DNA of 64,000 bases from Candidatus Omnitrophota bacterium (GCA_029560465.1 JAKQKX010000045.1:152260-216259); one strand, 5' to 3'. Counted from the stretch's first letter, positions 35,756 to 46,232 are shown. A program made the numbers and translations. The notes: generated from the sequence alone by a model not told the origin.

Positions 35756-37195
35756 TTAAAATTGGAAATAAATAAATTCAATCCCTTCAAATTTACCCAG
35801 GAAAATAATCATCCAAAACACACAATAATAAAAACTCCACCGGAGCGGCTTGGGCCACCCGGCGATCACATCCCGCAGCCGCCAGCGGGTCTGCAGCCCG
35901 TGTACGAGTAAAATAAGCCCGACGCATCCCAGCGAAACCACAAAATCAAAACTTTTATAAGGGAACCGCGTGCCAATATCAAAAGTCAGCATATTTCTGA
36001 GCAGGATACCCGCCTCGCTCAGGGTCCGGGCCCGGAAACACACCCAGGACAGTAAAACAAGATGATATGTCACCACGGCCTGCAAAAAGCGGCGGAGCCC
36101 GGGATGGCCGTCCAGCCAGAGCCGCCTCTTCATCCGGCCCCGCAGATCTTCCGTCCAGATAGCCCCCAGCATATACAGCCCGTGCAAAGCCCCCCAGGCG
36201 ACAAACGTCCAGTTCGCGCCGTGCCAAAGCCCGCTGACCACGAACACCACCAGGAGGTTAAAATACCACCGCCGGACAGGAACCCGGTTCCCCCCCAGCG
36301 GAATGTATAAATAGTCCCGGAACCAGGTGGACAGGGAAATATGCCAACGCCGCCAGAAATCGGCGATGGACGACGCGAAATACGGCCTCCGGAAATTTTC
36401 CATGATATCAAAACCCATCACTTTGGCCGCGCCGATGGCGATATCCGAGTAACCGGCGAAATCGCAATATATCTGAAAGGCGAAGAAATTGGTGGCCACG
36501 TAAACCGGCAGGCCGCGCCACCCCTGCGGGTCCCCGTAAACAAGGTTCACGAAATGCGCGAGCCGGTCGGCGATCACGATCTTTTGAAAAAAGCCCCACA
36601 GCATCAGCTTGAATCCGTCGCAGGCCCGTTCATAATCAAACTCATGATTTTTAAAAAACTGTGGCAGAAGATGCGTGGCCCGCTCAATGGGGCCGGCGAC
36701 CAGCTGGGGAAAAAACGCCACGTACAGGGCGAACACGCCGAGATGTTTTTGCGGCGCCATCTTCCCCCGGTACACATCCAAGGTGTAACTGAGCGTCTGA
36801 AACGTGTAGAAAGAGATGCCCAACGGGAGCAGGACATCCAGGTGCGGGATGACATAATCCACGCCTGCGGTTTCCAACAGACGGTTCAGGTTTGCGGAGA
36901 AGAAATTAAAATATTTAAAAACCCCCAGAATACCCAAATTAGCGGCCAGGCTCAGCAGTAAAAACAATTTACGCCTTAACGCGCCTCTCCCTTGGGACGG
37001 CGCCACGTTAAGGCCGGCTAAATAATCAACAGCCGTCGACGCCAGCAATAACAGCACATACGGGACATTCCAGACCATATAAAAGGCGTAACTGGCCAAA
37101 AGCAGCCACGCCCAGCGGAAACGGAACGGGAGGAGGAAATAACCCGCGACCACCACGGGGAAGAAAATCACAAATTCTAAAGAATTAAAAAGCAT
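35756..37195 (-). CDS. MBOAT-family membrane-bound O-acyltransferase (DltB/AlgI-like)
   Basis: Polytopic protein with the conserved MBOAT histidine region (FWRRWHISLSTWFRDYLYIPLGGNR ... SGLWHGANWTF). Confidence 0.8.
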   Translation of the reverse strand: MLFNSLEFVIFFPVVVAGYFLLPFRFRWAWLLLASYAFYMVWNVPYVLLLLASTAVDYLAGLNVAPSQGRGALRRKLFLLLSLAANLGILGVFKYFNFFSANLNRLLETAGVDYVIPHLDVLLPLGISFYTFQTLSYTLDVYRGKMAPQKHLGVFALYVAFFPQLVAGPIERATHLLPQFFKNHEFDYERACDGFKLMLWGFFQKIVIADRLAHFVNLVYGDPQGWRGLPVYVATNFFAFQIYCDFAGYSDIAIGAAKVMGFDIMENFRRPYFASSIADFWRRWHISLSTWFRDYLYIPLGGNRVPVRRWYFNLLVVFVVSGLWHGANWTFVAWGALHGLYMLGAIWTEDLRGRMKRRLWLDGHPGLRRFLQAVVTYHLVLLSWVCFRARTLSEAGILLRNMLTFDIGTRFPYKSFDFVVSLGCVGLILLVHGLQTRWRLRDVIAGWPKPLRWSFYYCVFWMIIFLGKFEGIEFIYFQF

Positions 37196-37326
37196 AAAAG
37201 TCAGGTCAGGCGCGTTGTTTCATTGTGGGGTTAAATATTAAAAGTTAAAGCCGGCGCTCTTTCTTAATCAAAAATTATACAAGCCCCGCCATCAATGGGA
37301 AAGGACATTCTTAATTTATACAAAGA

Positions 37327-37384
37327 AAAACCCCCTTGGGCTTTAAGCGTCATCTCGGCACCAAAACGCGCCCAAGGGGGTTTT
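37327..37384 (-). terminator. Rho-independent terminator downstream of the 2058-aa gene
   Basis: 15-bp perfect inverted repeat AAAACCCCCTTGGGC ... GCCCAAGGGGGTTTT with T-runs on both strands. Confidence 0.6.
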
Positions 37385-37413
37385 CATACCCTATTCATGA
37401 AAAAGCCATGAAC

Positions 37414-40400
37414 TTAATTATAATTCAACAAGCTCAACTGATCTTTATCATCAAAGAAAAACTGAACGCCTGTTTTTTCCGATGGCTGGGGTTGACGTTT
37501 CTGTCTCTCTTCCTCAACCGGGACCCTGTGACCGCCCTGCGCCGGGGCTTCCCCCAAGTTTCTGCCCAGCAACATCGGCAGGTTCGGGATAGGCGTAATA
37601 TTGATAATGACCGGCACAAATCCGTCAATATTCATATCCCCAACAGGCTGTTGCGGCAGAGGCAGCGGGATGCCTTTATTATCCCGTTTGATCTGCAGGT
37701 TTAACAGAGCCGGGTTCAAATTGATACCGCCGAGGGGCGATGATTGCGCTTCCAGCTGGCCATTCAGGCGCTGCGCGAAATTCAGGACACCTCCGGCCGA
37801 AACACCCCTGGCCCGTCTTTCCGACCGGAGCAGCTGATTGAGCTGCCGGCCAGCGGTATTTCTCTCGATCGAGCCATTGACAAATCCGTCCAGCAACTCC
37901 CTGGTGGCGCGGTTCTGCAGTTGGAACTTGCCCATGGTTTTTTCCACGACCTGGACCGGAGAAGACACATCTTCTTCTGCGGCAAGGTCCGTTTCCGCCA
38001 ACGGGCCTGCCGTGAGTTCTATCTGCGCCATCGTGTCCATAACCTGCTGCAGGCGCAAAGCTTCTTCGGCCGGGGTGGTTTTCCCAAGCTCTTGTTCAAG
38101 CGCGAAATCCGAAAGAATCGCCCCAACTTCCTCTATAATACCGGCCGCTTCCTTGCGGATCTGCTCTAAAACAACCCGGTCTTCCACCGCTTCAGTTTCC
38201 ACCCTCTGGAGGACCGCTTCGACTTCATTCAAAAGGACATTCAATTTCTCCTTATTTTCCGCGGTCAATTGCAACGGAGATGATTGAGAAACCGTGACCA
38301 AATCCACCAGAGGCATCCTTTCCGCCCGCCCGGCCCCCAGCATCGTCATCTGCAAATCAAGGTCATTATCAATGGATAACGCGACGGAACTGTTGAACAC
38401 CGCGGCGGCCATCTTCAAAATCTGGTCCGCCTTTGCCTTGTCAATCCCATCGATCTCGGTCAATTTATTTTCCGCCTGGTCAAACTGACCGGCCCTCTCC
38501 AGGTCAATGGCCTCTTTTAACGCCCGGTACGAAACGGCGTCAAACAGGCCGTAACCGGCCGCCAAACTGGCGGGCAGCAACCGGAACATGGCGTCTTCTA
38601 TCGGGTAAGCCCCGTCCTGCCATTTAATGCCTATAATCCTGGCCGCCGGCCTTAACGGCGGCATGGCCTCCGGATATTTCAACTGATTGGCCAGCAAAAC
38701 CGTGATCGCCGAATAGGCCCAGGCGTCCTGAAGTCCATAAACTTCCCGGTCAACGGCCAGGACATCCCCGATCAGGTCCAGATCTTCCGTGTCCAGAGTA
38801 ATGCTCTGCAGAACCGGAGAAGATGAAGACAACTGGTCTTTTAAAGCGGCAATCGTGTCGAAATTAAACGGCTTTTCAACCACTTCAAGGAAAAGCCCGC
38901 TCTTCAACCCCGAGCCCTCGTCAACGACGGATAACCGCGCCATCTCCCGGCTGTCCCCAGTCATCAGCACGACCGGCACATCACGCTCGGAACGGATCGT
39001 CCGGGCCATCTGTTCCCCGTTCATCACCGGCATTTGCAGGTCAGTCACAACCAGGCCTATATCCGGATTCTCCCGGAACAGACTCAAACCCTCTTCCCCG
39101 TTGGCCGCGGTGATGATTTCCGCTTCGGTGAAGATATCACCCAACTCGTCCCGCAGCAACAACCTCATGCCGTCGTTGTCATCGACAACAAGAATTTTAT
39201 TAAGAGGAGAAGAAGCCAACCTGCCTTTTAAATCAATGACCGTCTTCAACTGATACGGCTTCTGAATGACTTCGGTGAAAATCCCGCTTTTCAGCCCCGA
39301 GGCCTCGTCCACTTTAGACAGCCGCTCCACTTCACTGTAGTTCCCGGATACCAGGACGACCGGAATATCACGCTCAGAACGGATCGTCCGGGCCATCTGT
39401 TCCCCGTTCATTGCCGGCATTTCAAGATCGGTAACCACGAGATCTATATCCGGATTCTCCCGGAACGTCCTCAACCCCTCTTCGCCGTTCACGGCTGTTA
39501 TAACTTCCGCCCCGGAGAAAATAGTACTAAAAACATCCTTGGTCAAATTTCTCACCTCTTCCGTGTCATCCACGACAAGGATCTTTTTGATGACAGGAGA
39601 AGAGAGAAGCGTGGCTCTGACGAGTTCCGGGATCACCCCCAACTCGGCGGCCACCGCCTCCGGCTCAAGCGACTGGCCCTGCTGACTGCGGGCCTCATAA
39701 TACTCCTTCACCACCGCAGGCGGCACCACCCGCCCGCCCATCAGCAAATCCCTCATCCTTTCCTGGTCCTGACCCCGGATCGGCAGAGGGTTTTCAATTG
39801 CCAACTCCACCAAATCCCGTGCTTGGGCAAAAATCAAACCCCGCACTTTATGCAACCAAACGGCAATGACGGCCACTTGTGACTGATAGACAATTTGCTG
39901 CACCACAAAGTTATCAAACGTCGTCAATCCCAACCCGTTTAACGTGCGCAATTTTTCTCGAATCTGTCCCAAGGCCTCTTCACGGAACGCGTCACCCCGC
40001 ACAGTAATATCACCCAAGCCCCCGGATGTTATTTCAATCAGCTCTTCCGCCTTTGCTTCCTGCTGAGCGCGCAATTCATCCGTCTCATACCCCCACATTT
40101 TAAACGCGTTCGCCACCTGCAAAGACACCCATGGCACCTTCCAGAACTGCCCGCGCTTGCGCACATCGGTGGATGAGGTGTCCATCGGCTGGGTGATGGT
40201 TGACAAGCCCAGCCTTGGTAATCCTCGCGCGTTCAACTCCCCTGCCAGCTTCGCCTCATACGCTTGAAGGAGCGTTTCATCAACCTCTTCACCGACACGC
40301 TGGCTAAAAATAATATTCATTTTCTGAATATCCTTGCGCGCCTGAAACCCTCTTAAGCCCTGCTCTCCGGCCGTCATTTTGTTGAGGAGTTTACGCGGCA

Positions 40401-43400
40401 CATCCGGAGCGAATAACGCCTGATACACAACCCTCCGGGCGTCTTCCGTTTCCAGCCCTGTCCCTTCCAGGTCGCTTAACAATAATTCTTCCGGCTTCCC
40501 TTCCTCTAAATAAGCGCTAAACTTCCCGCTCACCGGCTTGCCTTTCTCGGTATCCAGGTATCCACGTTCCTTTAACCGGTCCACCAGGGCCTGAAACGCG
40601 CTCTCCACCGGCTGCCCTTCCGCGTTAATATATCCCGCGTCAGCAAACATTTGCTGAATCCGCTGGCGCTCCACCGCGTTTTCGATCCCCGCGATCGTGC
40701 TCATAAAATCCGCTTCCGTGATCGCCACTTTCTTTAAGGCATAAAGGTTCGCGTGGTCTGATCCCGCGCCGTAAAACAGATTCATCGGCTGGTTCGCGTT
40801 AAGTTCCGCGAGATAAAAAATTACCGTTTCCCCATCCGCGGAAAACAAGTCCAGCATTTCTTTGGGAAGTGTGGTGTACTGCACAAACGGCTTTAAATAC
40901 TTCTCAAAAATCACCCATGTAAACGCCTCCCGGATCGACAGCGAACTTAAATCCGGTTTCCGGGTCGGGTCGCTGTTGTCGATCATAATCACGACCTTGT
41001 CAATCTTATTCTTAATGATCGCTTCCAGGATCATCCAGATGTGCCCGGATTGCCACGGGTCGCCTTTCATGGGCCAAAACAAGACATTCGGAACCGTCCG
41101 CTCTCCTGTCAGCTTTATCGGGGTCCCCTCCGGCTCTTCCATGGACACCCGCACATTCACCTGTTCCGGGAATATCTCCCGGGCCTTGACCAGCTGCGCA
41201 ACCTGGGCCAACTGATCGGCAAACACCGCGTACGTGTCGTCATTCAGCTCCTGCAGGATCCGCTCTTCCGACACGCCCGTGGTTTCCGCTAAAAACGGCA
41301 CCAGCGACATCATCGTGTCATACGACTGCCCGAAATTGCGCGCCAAGTCCCCCACGACTTCGTCAGTCGACAGCTGTGCAAACTGCTGCGAAACCGGCGA
41401 GGACGGACGAACGACCACCTGGCCCCGCTCCCGCACGATTCTTTCCAAAGCGGTGAAAACATCCAACTGCGGCCAGCGTGAAGGAAAAGTTATCGGTTCC
41501 GCTTTCAGGGTCGCCCTGTCATAGCGGTCCGTTTCTGAAGCCGACAAAGACGCGATCAGAACATCAGCCATGACTCTGGCGTTGGATTTCCTGTTAAATT
41601 CATATTGTGTCCGGGAATGTTCAACAAAGGCCCGGGTTTCGTCGCTCAACTCGGGGAAATAATGCTCGCCGATTTCTTTTAAGGTACGCCCTCCCTGCAC
41701 CATACGGGAAATATCCGCGTTGAGCCTTGACAGAAATGCCGCGGCCTGCGCCTCGGTCACCCCGCCTCTTCCCTGCGACCCCACCACATATCCGAGGTAA
41801 TGACGAACCCGCAACTCCGCGTACTGCTGGCCGAAGGGGCTGAGATCCTGGAACCGGATCGTGCCGGCCGCGATCGGAGACGATAAAGCCGCCTGATCCA
41901 GGAGGGCAAGGTCCGCTTTGTTTAATTTCTCTAAAAGCGCGTCTTCGGCTTTCATTAACGCCTCGGCCAGCCGGAAGCTGTAACTTTCCTCGACGATCTC
42001 ATTGGCCACATCCACTAAAGCCGTCAACTGGGCCCCAATTTTTCCTGCGATATCAGCCGGCAAAGCGTTCCGGCTGGCCCAAAAAAGCACCCCCAGGATC
42101 TTGTTCTCCCGGGCCAGTGCGCTCTCGGCGACTGCACGGTTCGCATCCGCGTAAGAAGATCTGTCGCCGTAATTAAGAGCAACACGTTGAAACTCCTCAA
42201 TATTATCCTGGTACAATTTCAAAATTTCCGGAGACACCACCACCGGCGAAGCCACCACATCCGGGGCTTCAATATCCGCAGCCGTCACAACACTCTTCGC
42301 CGCCAATGTCGCTGAGGGGTTTTCCGCCAGGATCGCCGATACCTGAACCACAGGGCTGGAAATGTTCAAGCCCTGATCTACCCTCGCCCGTAAAGGAGAT
42401 GACAGCGGGATATCCTCAAGGTCCACTGCCCGGACCGCGCTTGACATGGCAGACGCATCAAACCCGCCGGAGAAATATTTACGCGGGATGACCTGTTTCG
42501 TCGACATGTCGTAATCTTCCCGGATATAGTTATAGACCCCCTTCCGGAAAGCCTCTAAATACTGGTCATAAATCTTCTGTTTAACCTCCCGGTCATCAAC
42601 ATCAACCCCTTTAATCTTTCCTTTATTCACATACACCTGGCCGAGCAGGGTCGCCCGCAAATTCTGTTTATACCAGGTCGCTAAAATCATGGAATTGTAG
42701 ATCTGCCGGAGCTTGGCGAAATTTTTTCCTTCATTCACCTCTTTTTCAATCTCCGGCAGGAGGATTTCCCGGACGACATCCGAAGAAACTTTACTTAAAG
42801 TTTTAACATAATCTTCCGTGATCTTGGTCGTGCCGAGTTTCTGGTTATCCAGATTTTTCTCCAAGGCAAGGTAATCTTCTTCCAGCATCACCTTCAAATG
42901 GCTGTCCACGACAAAAGCGCTGCCGTTATGTTCCACGACCAAAGCGTCTTGAGGCACGATCCACACTTTATTAAAGGTGTTGATCGGAATATTGGTTGTG
43001 CCGTATTCCTTGGCCGCGCGGTCGTACACTCTTTGCCAAAATTCCTGACCCAAATCCTGTTCCGGATAAATCAACGACGCGACAAGCTGTTTGAGCATAT
43101 AATCCTGGGCCAGGAGGTCACGGCCCATTTCCGTGAACCCGAACCCTTCGGGGATAATCCGGTCGCTTTCATACGGAGAGAGGTTCACCCACAAATCTTC
43201 TTCAGGGATCGTCAACGTCGCCAGGAAATATTTAATAAGCTTATTAGACTCTTCTTCCAGGTCCTTCCCGGTCAATTCGTCCTTGCCGGAATCAATAATA
43301 AAATCGAATTTCAAAGGGTTTTCTGGGTCGATCTTAATGCCTTTCAGGCATGCTGGCGTGTACACATCGCTTTTCAGCACCATTGACCCGGGCATCGGCA

Positions 43401-43590
43401 GGCCTAGAATCCCTTTCCGGGGTTCCGCGGCCGAAAGTGTCACAGGAGGCAGAATGAGTCCCGCTAAGAAAGAATAACTCATAAATGACACCAAAAGTTT
43501 ATACGGCCATTGGGTACGACAGTTTCGAAAATAGCTAAACATGTGCGTTCTCCTCCTGATTTTTGAGAATTTGAAAATGAAATACGACAA
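37414..43590 (-). CDS. Giant (2058 aa) multidomain protein. It has an N-terminal signal peptide or anchor, a central HxGH/ISSxxIR nucleotidyltransferase-like domain, two tandem CheY-like receiver domains and a long C-terminal region.
   Basis: N-terminus RRR...LLVSFMSYSFLAGLILPPVTLSAAEP. Motifs LFWPMKGDPWQSGHIWMI and LSSLSIREAF correspond to the (H/T)xGH and ISSTxIR motifs of cytidylyl/adenylyltransferases. REC1 is KILVVDDTEE...DLVVTDLEMPAMNGEQ...VVLVSG...IQKP. REC2 is KILVVDDNDG...GLVVTDLQMPVMNGEQ...VVLMTG...VEKP. An S/P/A/V-rich linker lies at ~aa 430-480. Confidence 0.75.
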   Translation of the reverse strand: MSYFIFKFSKIRRRTHMFSYFRNCRTQWPYKLLVSFMSYSFLAGLILPPVTLSAAEPRKGILGLPMPGSMVLKSDVYTPACLKGIKIDPENPLKFDFIIDSGKDELTGKDLEEESNKLIKYFLATLTIPEEDLWVNLSPYESDRIIPEGFGFTEMGRDLLAQDYMLKQLVASLIYPEQDLGQEFWQRVYDRAAKEYGTTNIPINTFNKVWIVPQDALVVEHNGSAFVVDSHLKVMLEEDYLALEKNLDNQKLGTTKITEDYVKTLSKVSSDVVREILLPEIEKEVNEGKNFAKLRQIYNSMILATWYKQNLRATLLGQVYVNKGKIKGVDVDDREVKQKIYDQYLEAFRKGVYNYIREDYDMSTKQVIPRKYFSGGFDASAMSSAVRAVDLEDIPLSSPLRARVDQGLNISSPVVQVSAILAENPSATLAAKSVVTAADIEAPDVVASPVVVSPEILKLYQDNIEEFQRVALNYGDRSSYADANRAVAESALARENKILGVLFWASRNALPADIAGKIGAQLTALVDVANEIVEESYSFRLAEALMKAEDALLEKLNKADLALLDQAALSSPIAAGTIRFQDLSPFGQQYAELRVRHYLGYVVGSQGRGGVTEAQAAAFLSRLNADISRMVQGGRTLKEIGEHYFPELSDETRAFVEHSRTQYEFNRKSNARVMADVLIASLSASETDRYDRATLKAEPITFPSRWPQLDVFTALERIVRERGQVVVRPSSPVSQQFAQLSTDEVVGDLARNFGQSYDTMMSLVPFLAETTGVSEERILQELNDDTYAVFADQLAQVAQLVKAREIFPEQVNVRVSMEEPEGTPIKLTGERTVPNVLFWPMKGDPWQSGHIWMILEAIIKNKIDKVVIMIDNSDPTRKPDLSSLSIREAFTWVIFEKYLKPFVQYTTLPKEMLDLFSADGETVIFYLAELNANQPMNLFYGAGSDHANLYALKKVAITEADFMSTIAGIENAVERQRIQQMFADAGYINAEGQPVESAFQALVDRLKERGYLDTEKGKPVSGKFSAYLEEGKPEELLLSDLEGTGLETEDARRVVYQALFAPDVPRKLLNKMTAGEQGLRGFQARKDIQKMNIIFSQRVGEEVDETLLQAYEAKLAGELNARGLPRLGLSTITQPMDTSSTDVRKRGQFWKVPWVSLQVANAFKMWGYETDELRAQQEAKAEELIEITSGGLGDITVRGDAFREEALGQIREKLRTLNGLGLTTFDNFVVQQIVYQSQVAVIAVWLHKVRGLIFAQARDLVELAIENPLPIRGQDQERMRDLLMGGRVVPPAVVKEYYEARSQQGQSLEPEAVAAELGVIPELVRATLLSSPVIKKILVVDDTEEVRNLTKDVFSTIFSGAEVITAVNGEEGLRTFRENPDIDLVVTDLEMPAMNGEQMARTIRSERDIPVVLVSGNYSEVERLSKVDEASGLKSGIFTEVIQKPYQLKTVIDLKGRLASSPLNKILVVDDNDGMRLLLRDELGDIFTEAEIITAANGEEGLSLFRENPDIGLVVTDLQMPVMNGEQMARTIRSERDVPVVLMTGDSREMARLSVVDEGSGLKSGLFLEVVEKPFNFDTIAALKDQLSSSSPVLQSITLDTEDLDLIGDVLAVDREVYGLQDAWAYSAITVLLANQLKYPEAMPPLRPAARIIGIKWQDGAYPIEDAMFRLLPASLAAGYGLFDAVSYRALKEAIDLERAGQFDQAENKLTEIDGIDKAKADQILKMAAAVFNSSVALSIDNDLDLQMTMLGAGRAERMPLVDLVTVSQSSPLQLTAENKEKLNVLLNEVEAVLQRVETEAVEDRVVLEQIRKEAAGIIEEVGAILSDFALEQELGKTTPAEEALRLQQVMDTMAQIELTAGPLAETDLAAEEDVSSPVQVVEKTMGKFQLQNRATRELLDGFVNGSIERNTAGRQLNQLLRSERRARGVSAGGVLNFAQRLNGQLEAQSSPLGGINLNPALLNLQIKRDNKGIPLPLPQQPVGDMNIDGFVPVIINITPIPNLPMLLGRNLGEAPAQGGHRVPVEEERQKRQPQPSEKTGVQFFFDDKDQLSLLNYN

Positions 43591-43774
43591 GATTTGTCAA
43601 AAAATCTTGGGACAGGGTGATTTGAAAGGGTAGATTAAATATATCATATCTTATTAATAGGGGCAAGTTTCGGATTAAAATTAAATTTTTTGATTTCAAA
43701 GAGTTATGAAAGATATCTATCTTTTGTGAAAAATAAACTCCAAGACAGAGCTTGAACAAAGAAAGGGCGGGATG

Positions 43775-44254
43775 TTAGTAGCTGTTCAGCTTCTCTTGCG
43801 CTATGTGAAAGTCGGCCGTCAGCCCGGCCTTTAAACGCTTTTCCGCTGACTGACCCGCGTTTATTTCCAAGACATACAAAGCCGGCTGAACCGGCCCATA
43901 CACCGGACAAGGGTCGCTTTCGCAAGGAGGGACACGCTCTTCTATATGAATAATGCAGCGATTTTGATCCAGCCAGATAATATCCAGTGGGATTAAGGTG
44001 TCTTTCATCCAAAACCCGTAAGCAGAACTCACCGGAAAAACAAAAAGCATCCCCTGATCCAGGGCCATTTGGGGGCGATGCTGCAGTCCTCTCTGCCGGG
44101 TTCCCGGTGTTAACGCCAGCTCCACCTCATAGCAGTCCCCGGAAAAACACACCCGGTCCTGGGACACCGCGCTCCGGCAGGAAAAAAGCAACGGCAACAC
44201 CAGCACGGCAACAATCCCAAACCGTCTTTGTCGCAGGGCCTTCCTCATAGTCAA
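43775..44254 (-). CDS. DUF192-family protein (exported)
   Basis: GMLFVFP...FWMKDTLIPLDIIWLD matches the DUF192 core. A signal peptide is present. Confidence 0.65.
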   Translation of the reverse strand: MTMRKALRQRRFGIVAVLVLPLLFSCRSAVSQDRVCFSGDCYEVELALTPGTRQRGLQHRPQMALDQGMLFVFPVSSAYGFWMKDTLIPLDIIWLDQNRCIIHIEERVPPCESDPCPVYGPVQPALYVLEINAGQSAEKRLKAGLTADFHIAQEKLNSY

Positions 44255-45036
44255 ATATCATTCCCCGTTAAGTTCAGATAATCCTTGAACCGCAACTCCC
44301 CTGTGATCGCCTGGTGCACGATCCCCATCCTTTCGGAAAGATACGGGTGGGTCCGGAAATAATTAATCGGCTGCGCCGGAGCCCTCTCTCCTTCCTTCTT
44401 CAGGATCTCCAGCACCTTGATCATCTCCTGGGGATCATATCCGGCCTTTTTCATGTATTTCACGGCCAGACGGTCGGCTTCAAACTCATCCTGCCGGGAA
44501 TAAGCAAAAAAGATGCTGGTATAAATCGCGTTCACGCCCACCACGGCGTCCGCGTCCTGGGAGGCGATGGCCAGCCCCTGTAATAACGCATACCCATACA
44601 GACTCTGCATCCTCTTAATTCCATGGCGGGCTGTAATGTGCCCCAGTTCATGGGCGACAACACCCGCGATCTGGTCATCCTTTTCCATCTTATCAATCAA
44701 TCCGCGGAAAACATACACATATCCACCCGGGAGGCTCACCGCGTTGACCTTATCCTCATCAATCACCCGGATCGTGTAAACCAGGTCTTTCCGGTCGACC
44801 ACCGGCACCAGGCGGGCGAGGATCGATTCCATCCTCTGGTTCAGCTCCAGATCACGGCTTATTTCGTAATTCCGCTCGACCTGACGGGCGACAGCGTCCC
44901 CGACATTAATTTCTTTTTCCGTCCCATACATGAGCCGCTCTTCCCGTCCCGTGGCGAGATTATATTCCGAAGCGCAGCCCCCGGCCGCCCAGACGCATCC
45001 CCACAAAAAAATAATCCAACGCGCCTTCCTTCTCAT
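44251..45036 (-). CDS. M48-family zinc metallopeptidase (lipoprotein-type signal). The start was moved to MRRKARW at 45036, where its ATG overlaps the maf stop as ATGA.
   Basis: HEXXH motif AHELGHITARHG and a downstream E, plus a signal peptide with WAAGGCAS. Confidence 0.75.
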   Translation of the reverse strand: MRRKARWIIFLWGCVWAAGGCASEYNLATGREERLMYGTEKEINVGDAVARQVERNYEISRDLELNQRMESILARLVPVVDRKDLVYTIRVIDEDKVNAVSLPGGYVYVFRGLIDKMEKDDQIAGVVAHELGHITARHGIKRMQSLYGYALLQGLAIASQDADAVVGVNAIYTSIFFAYSRQDEFEADRLAVKYMKKAGYDPQEMIKVLEILKKEGERAPAQPINYFRTHPYLSERMGIVHQAITGELRFKDYLNLTGNDI

Positions 45037-45620
45037 AATAAAGACACCCCACATTGTTGAAGCATCCTCCGGAGTTTCGCCATCGGCAAACCGATCACGT
45101 TGGTGTAACAACCTTCAATACGACCAATGAACAAACCGCCCACGCCTTCGATATTATAGCCACCGGCTTTATCCAAAGGAGAAATCTTCCGATGATAACG
45201 GCTGATTTCTTCCGGCGACAAAGGCTGCATAAACACTTTCGTTTTCTCGTAATCCACGATCCGCCGCCCCTTGGCAACATCCACAACCGCGACCCCCGTG
45301 TAAACCCAGTGCGGCAAACGGCATAAACGGAGGAGGACCTCGGCCGCTTCCTGGACGTGACGGGGTTTCCCGACCACGTTTTTATCCCCATCGAACACGA
45401 TGGTATCCGCGGCGATCACAACCCCCTCTTTCAGGCGCGAAGCGACATCGTTCGCTTTCAAAAGGGCGTTGTATTTAACCAAGGCCGGACGGGTCGACGT
45501 CAGGAGATGCCGCTCCTGTACCCGGCTTGGCGAAACTTCAAACGTCAGGCCGGCTTCTCTCAAAAGCTTTTCCCTGCGCTGAGACGCAGACGCTAAAATG
45601 ATTTTAAACGGTGGTTTCAT
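45033..45620 (-). CDS. maf: Maf-family nucleoside triphosphate pyrophosphatase
   Basis: N-terminal ILASASQRR..LL..AGL.F and the full-length Maf pattern. Confidence 0.85.
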   Translation of the reverse strand: MKPPFKIILASASQRREKLLREAGLTFEVSPSRVQERHLLTSTRPALVKYNALLKANDVASRLKEGVVIAADTIVFDGDKNVVGKPRHVQEAAEVLLRLCRLPHWVYTGVAVVDVAKGRRIVDYEKTKVFMQPLSPEEISRYHRKISPLDKAGGYNIEGVGGLFIGRIEGCYTNVIGLPMAKLRRMLQQCGVSLL

Positions 45621-45638
45621 AGGGCTCCTGCCGGCGCA

Positions 45639-46205
45639 TTATTTATCCCGCAAAAAATCAGCGGCCGTAAAAAAAGAAATCAGTTGGCACCCCCGGGCCG
45701 CCAAAGCCTCTTTCGCCCCCTCCTGCCGGTCCACAAGGCAAACCGCGGTGCGGGATTTAAAACCAGCTTGGGCCAGGACATCCAGGGATTGCAAAAAAGC
45801 TTTTCCGGTCGTCGCAACATCATCCACCAACAGGCAGTCCGCCCCTTCCGGCAGCAACGGGCCTTCTATCTGCTGCTGTTTCCCGTGCGCTTTGGGGGCC
45901 TTGCGGATAATAAAAGTTTTCAGGCAACAATTGTCCTGATGGGCTAAAACATTAAGCGCTCCCAAGAGGGGGTCCGCGCCCAGGGTGGGCCCGCCGATAG
46001 CGTCAAAATTCCGCCGCCGGGCGAAATCCCAAATCATCCTGGCGGCATAGTAGACTCCTTCCGACAGGAGCGTGACCCTTCTGGCGTCAATATAGTAATC
46101 GCTTTCTTTACCGGATGATAAAATGATCTTCTCCCGGAAAAAAGCCTGCTCTTTAAGAATGGAAAAAAGCTTCTCTTTGTCCTGCTTGTCTACGGAATGG
46201 CTCAC
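45639..46205 (-). CDS. pyrE: Orotate phosphoribosyltransferase
   Basis: PRPP-binding motif LLVDDVATTGKA and the type I PRTase fold pattern. Confidence 0.85.
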   Translation of the reverse strand: MSHSVDKQDKEKLFSILKEQAFFREKIILSSGKESDYYIDARRVTLLSEGVYYAARMIWDFARRRNFDAIGGPTLGADPLLGALNVLAHQDNCCLKTFIIRKAPKAHGKQQQIEGPLLPEGADCLLVDDVATTGKAFLQSLDVLAQAGFKSRTAVCLVDRQEGAKEALAARGCQLISFFTAADFLRDK

Positions 46206-46232
46206 GGCAAAAAATCCTTTCGTTCAAATGGC

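Noticed and set aside
36341-36961. 206-aa plus-strand ORF and other small ORFs inside the MBOAT gene
   Set aside because: They are antisense to a gene with the clear MBOAT histidine motif.
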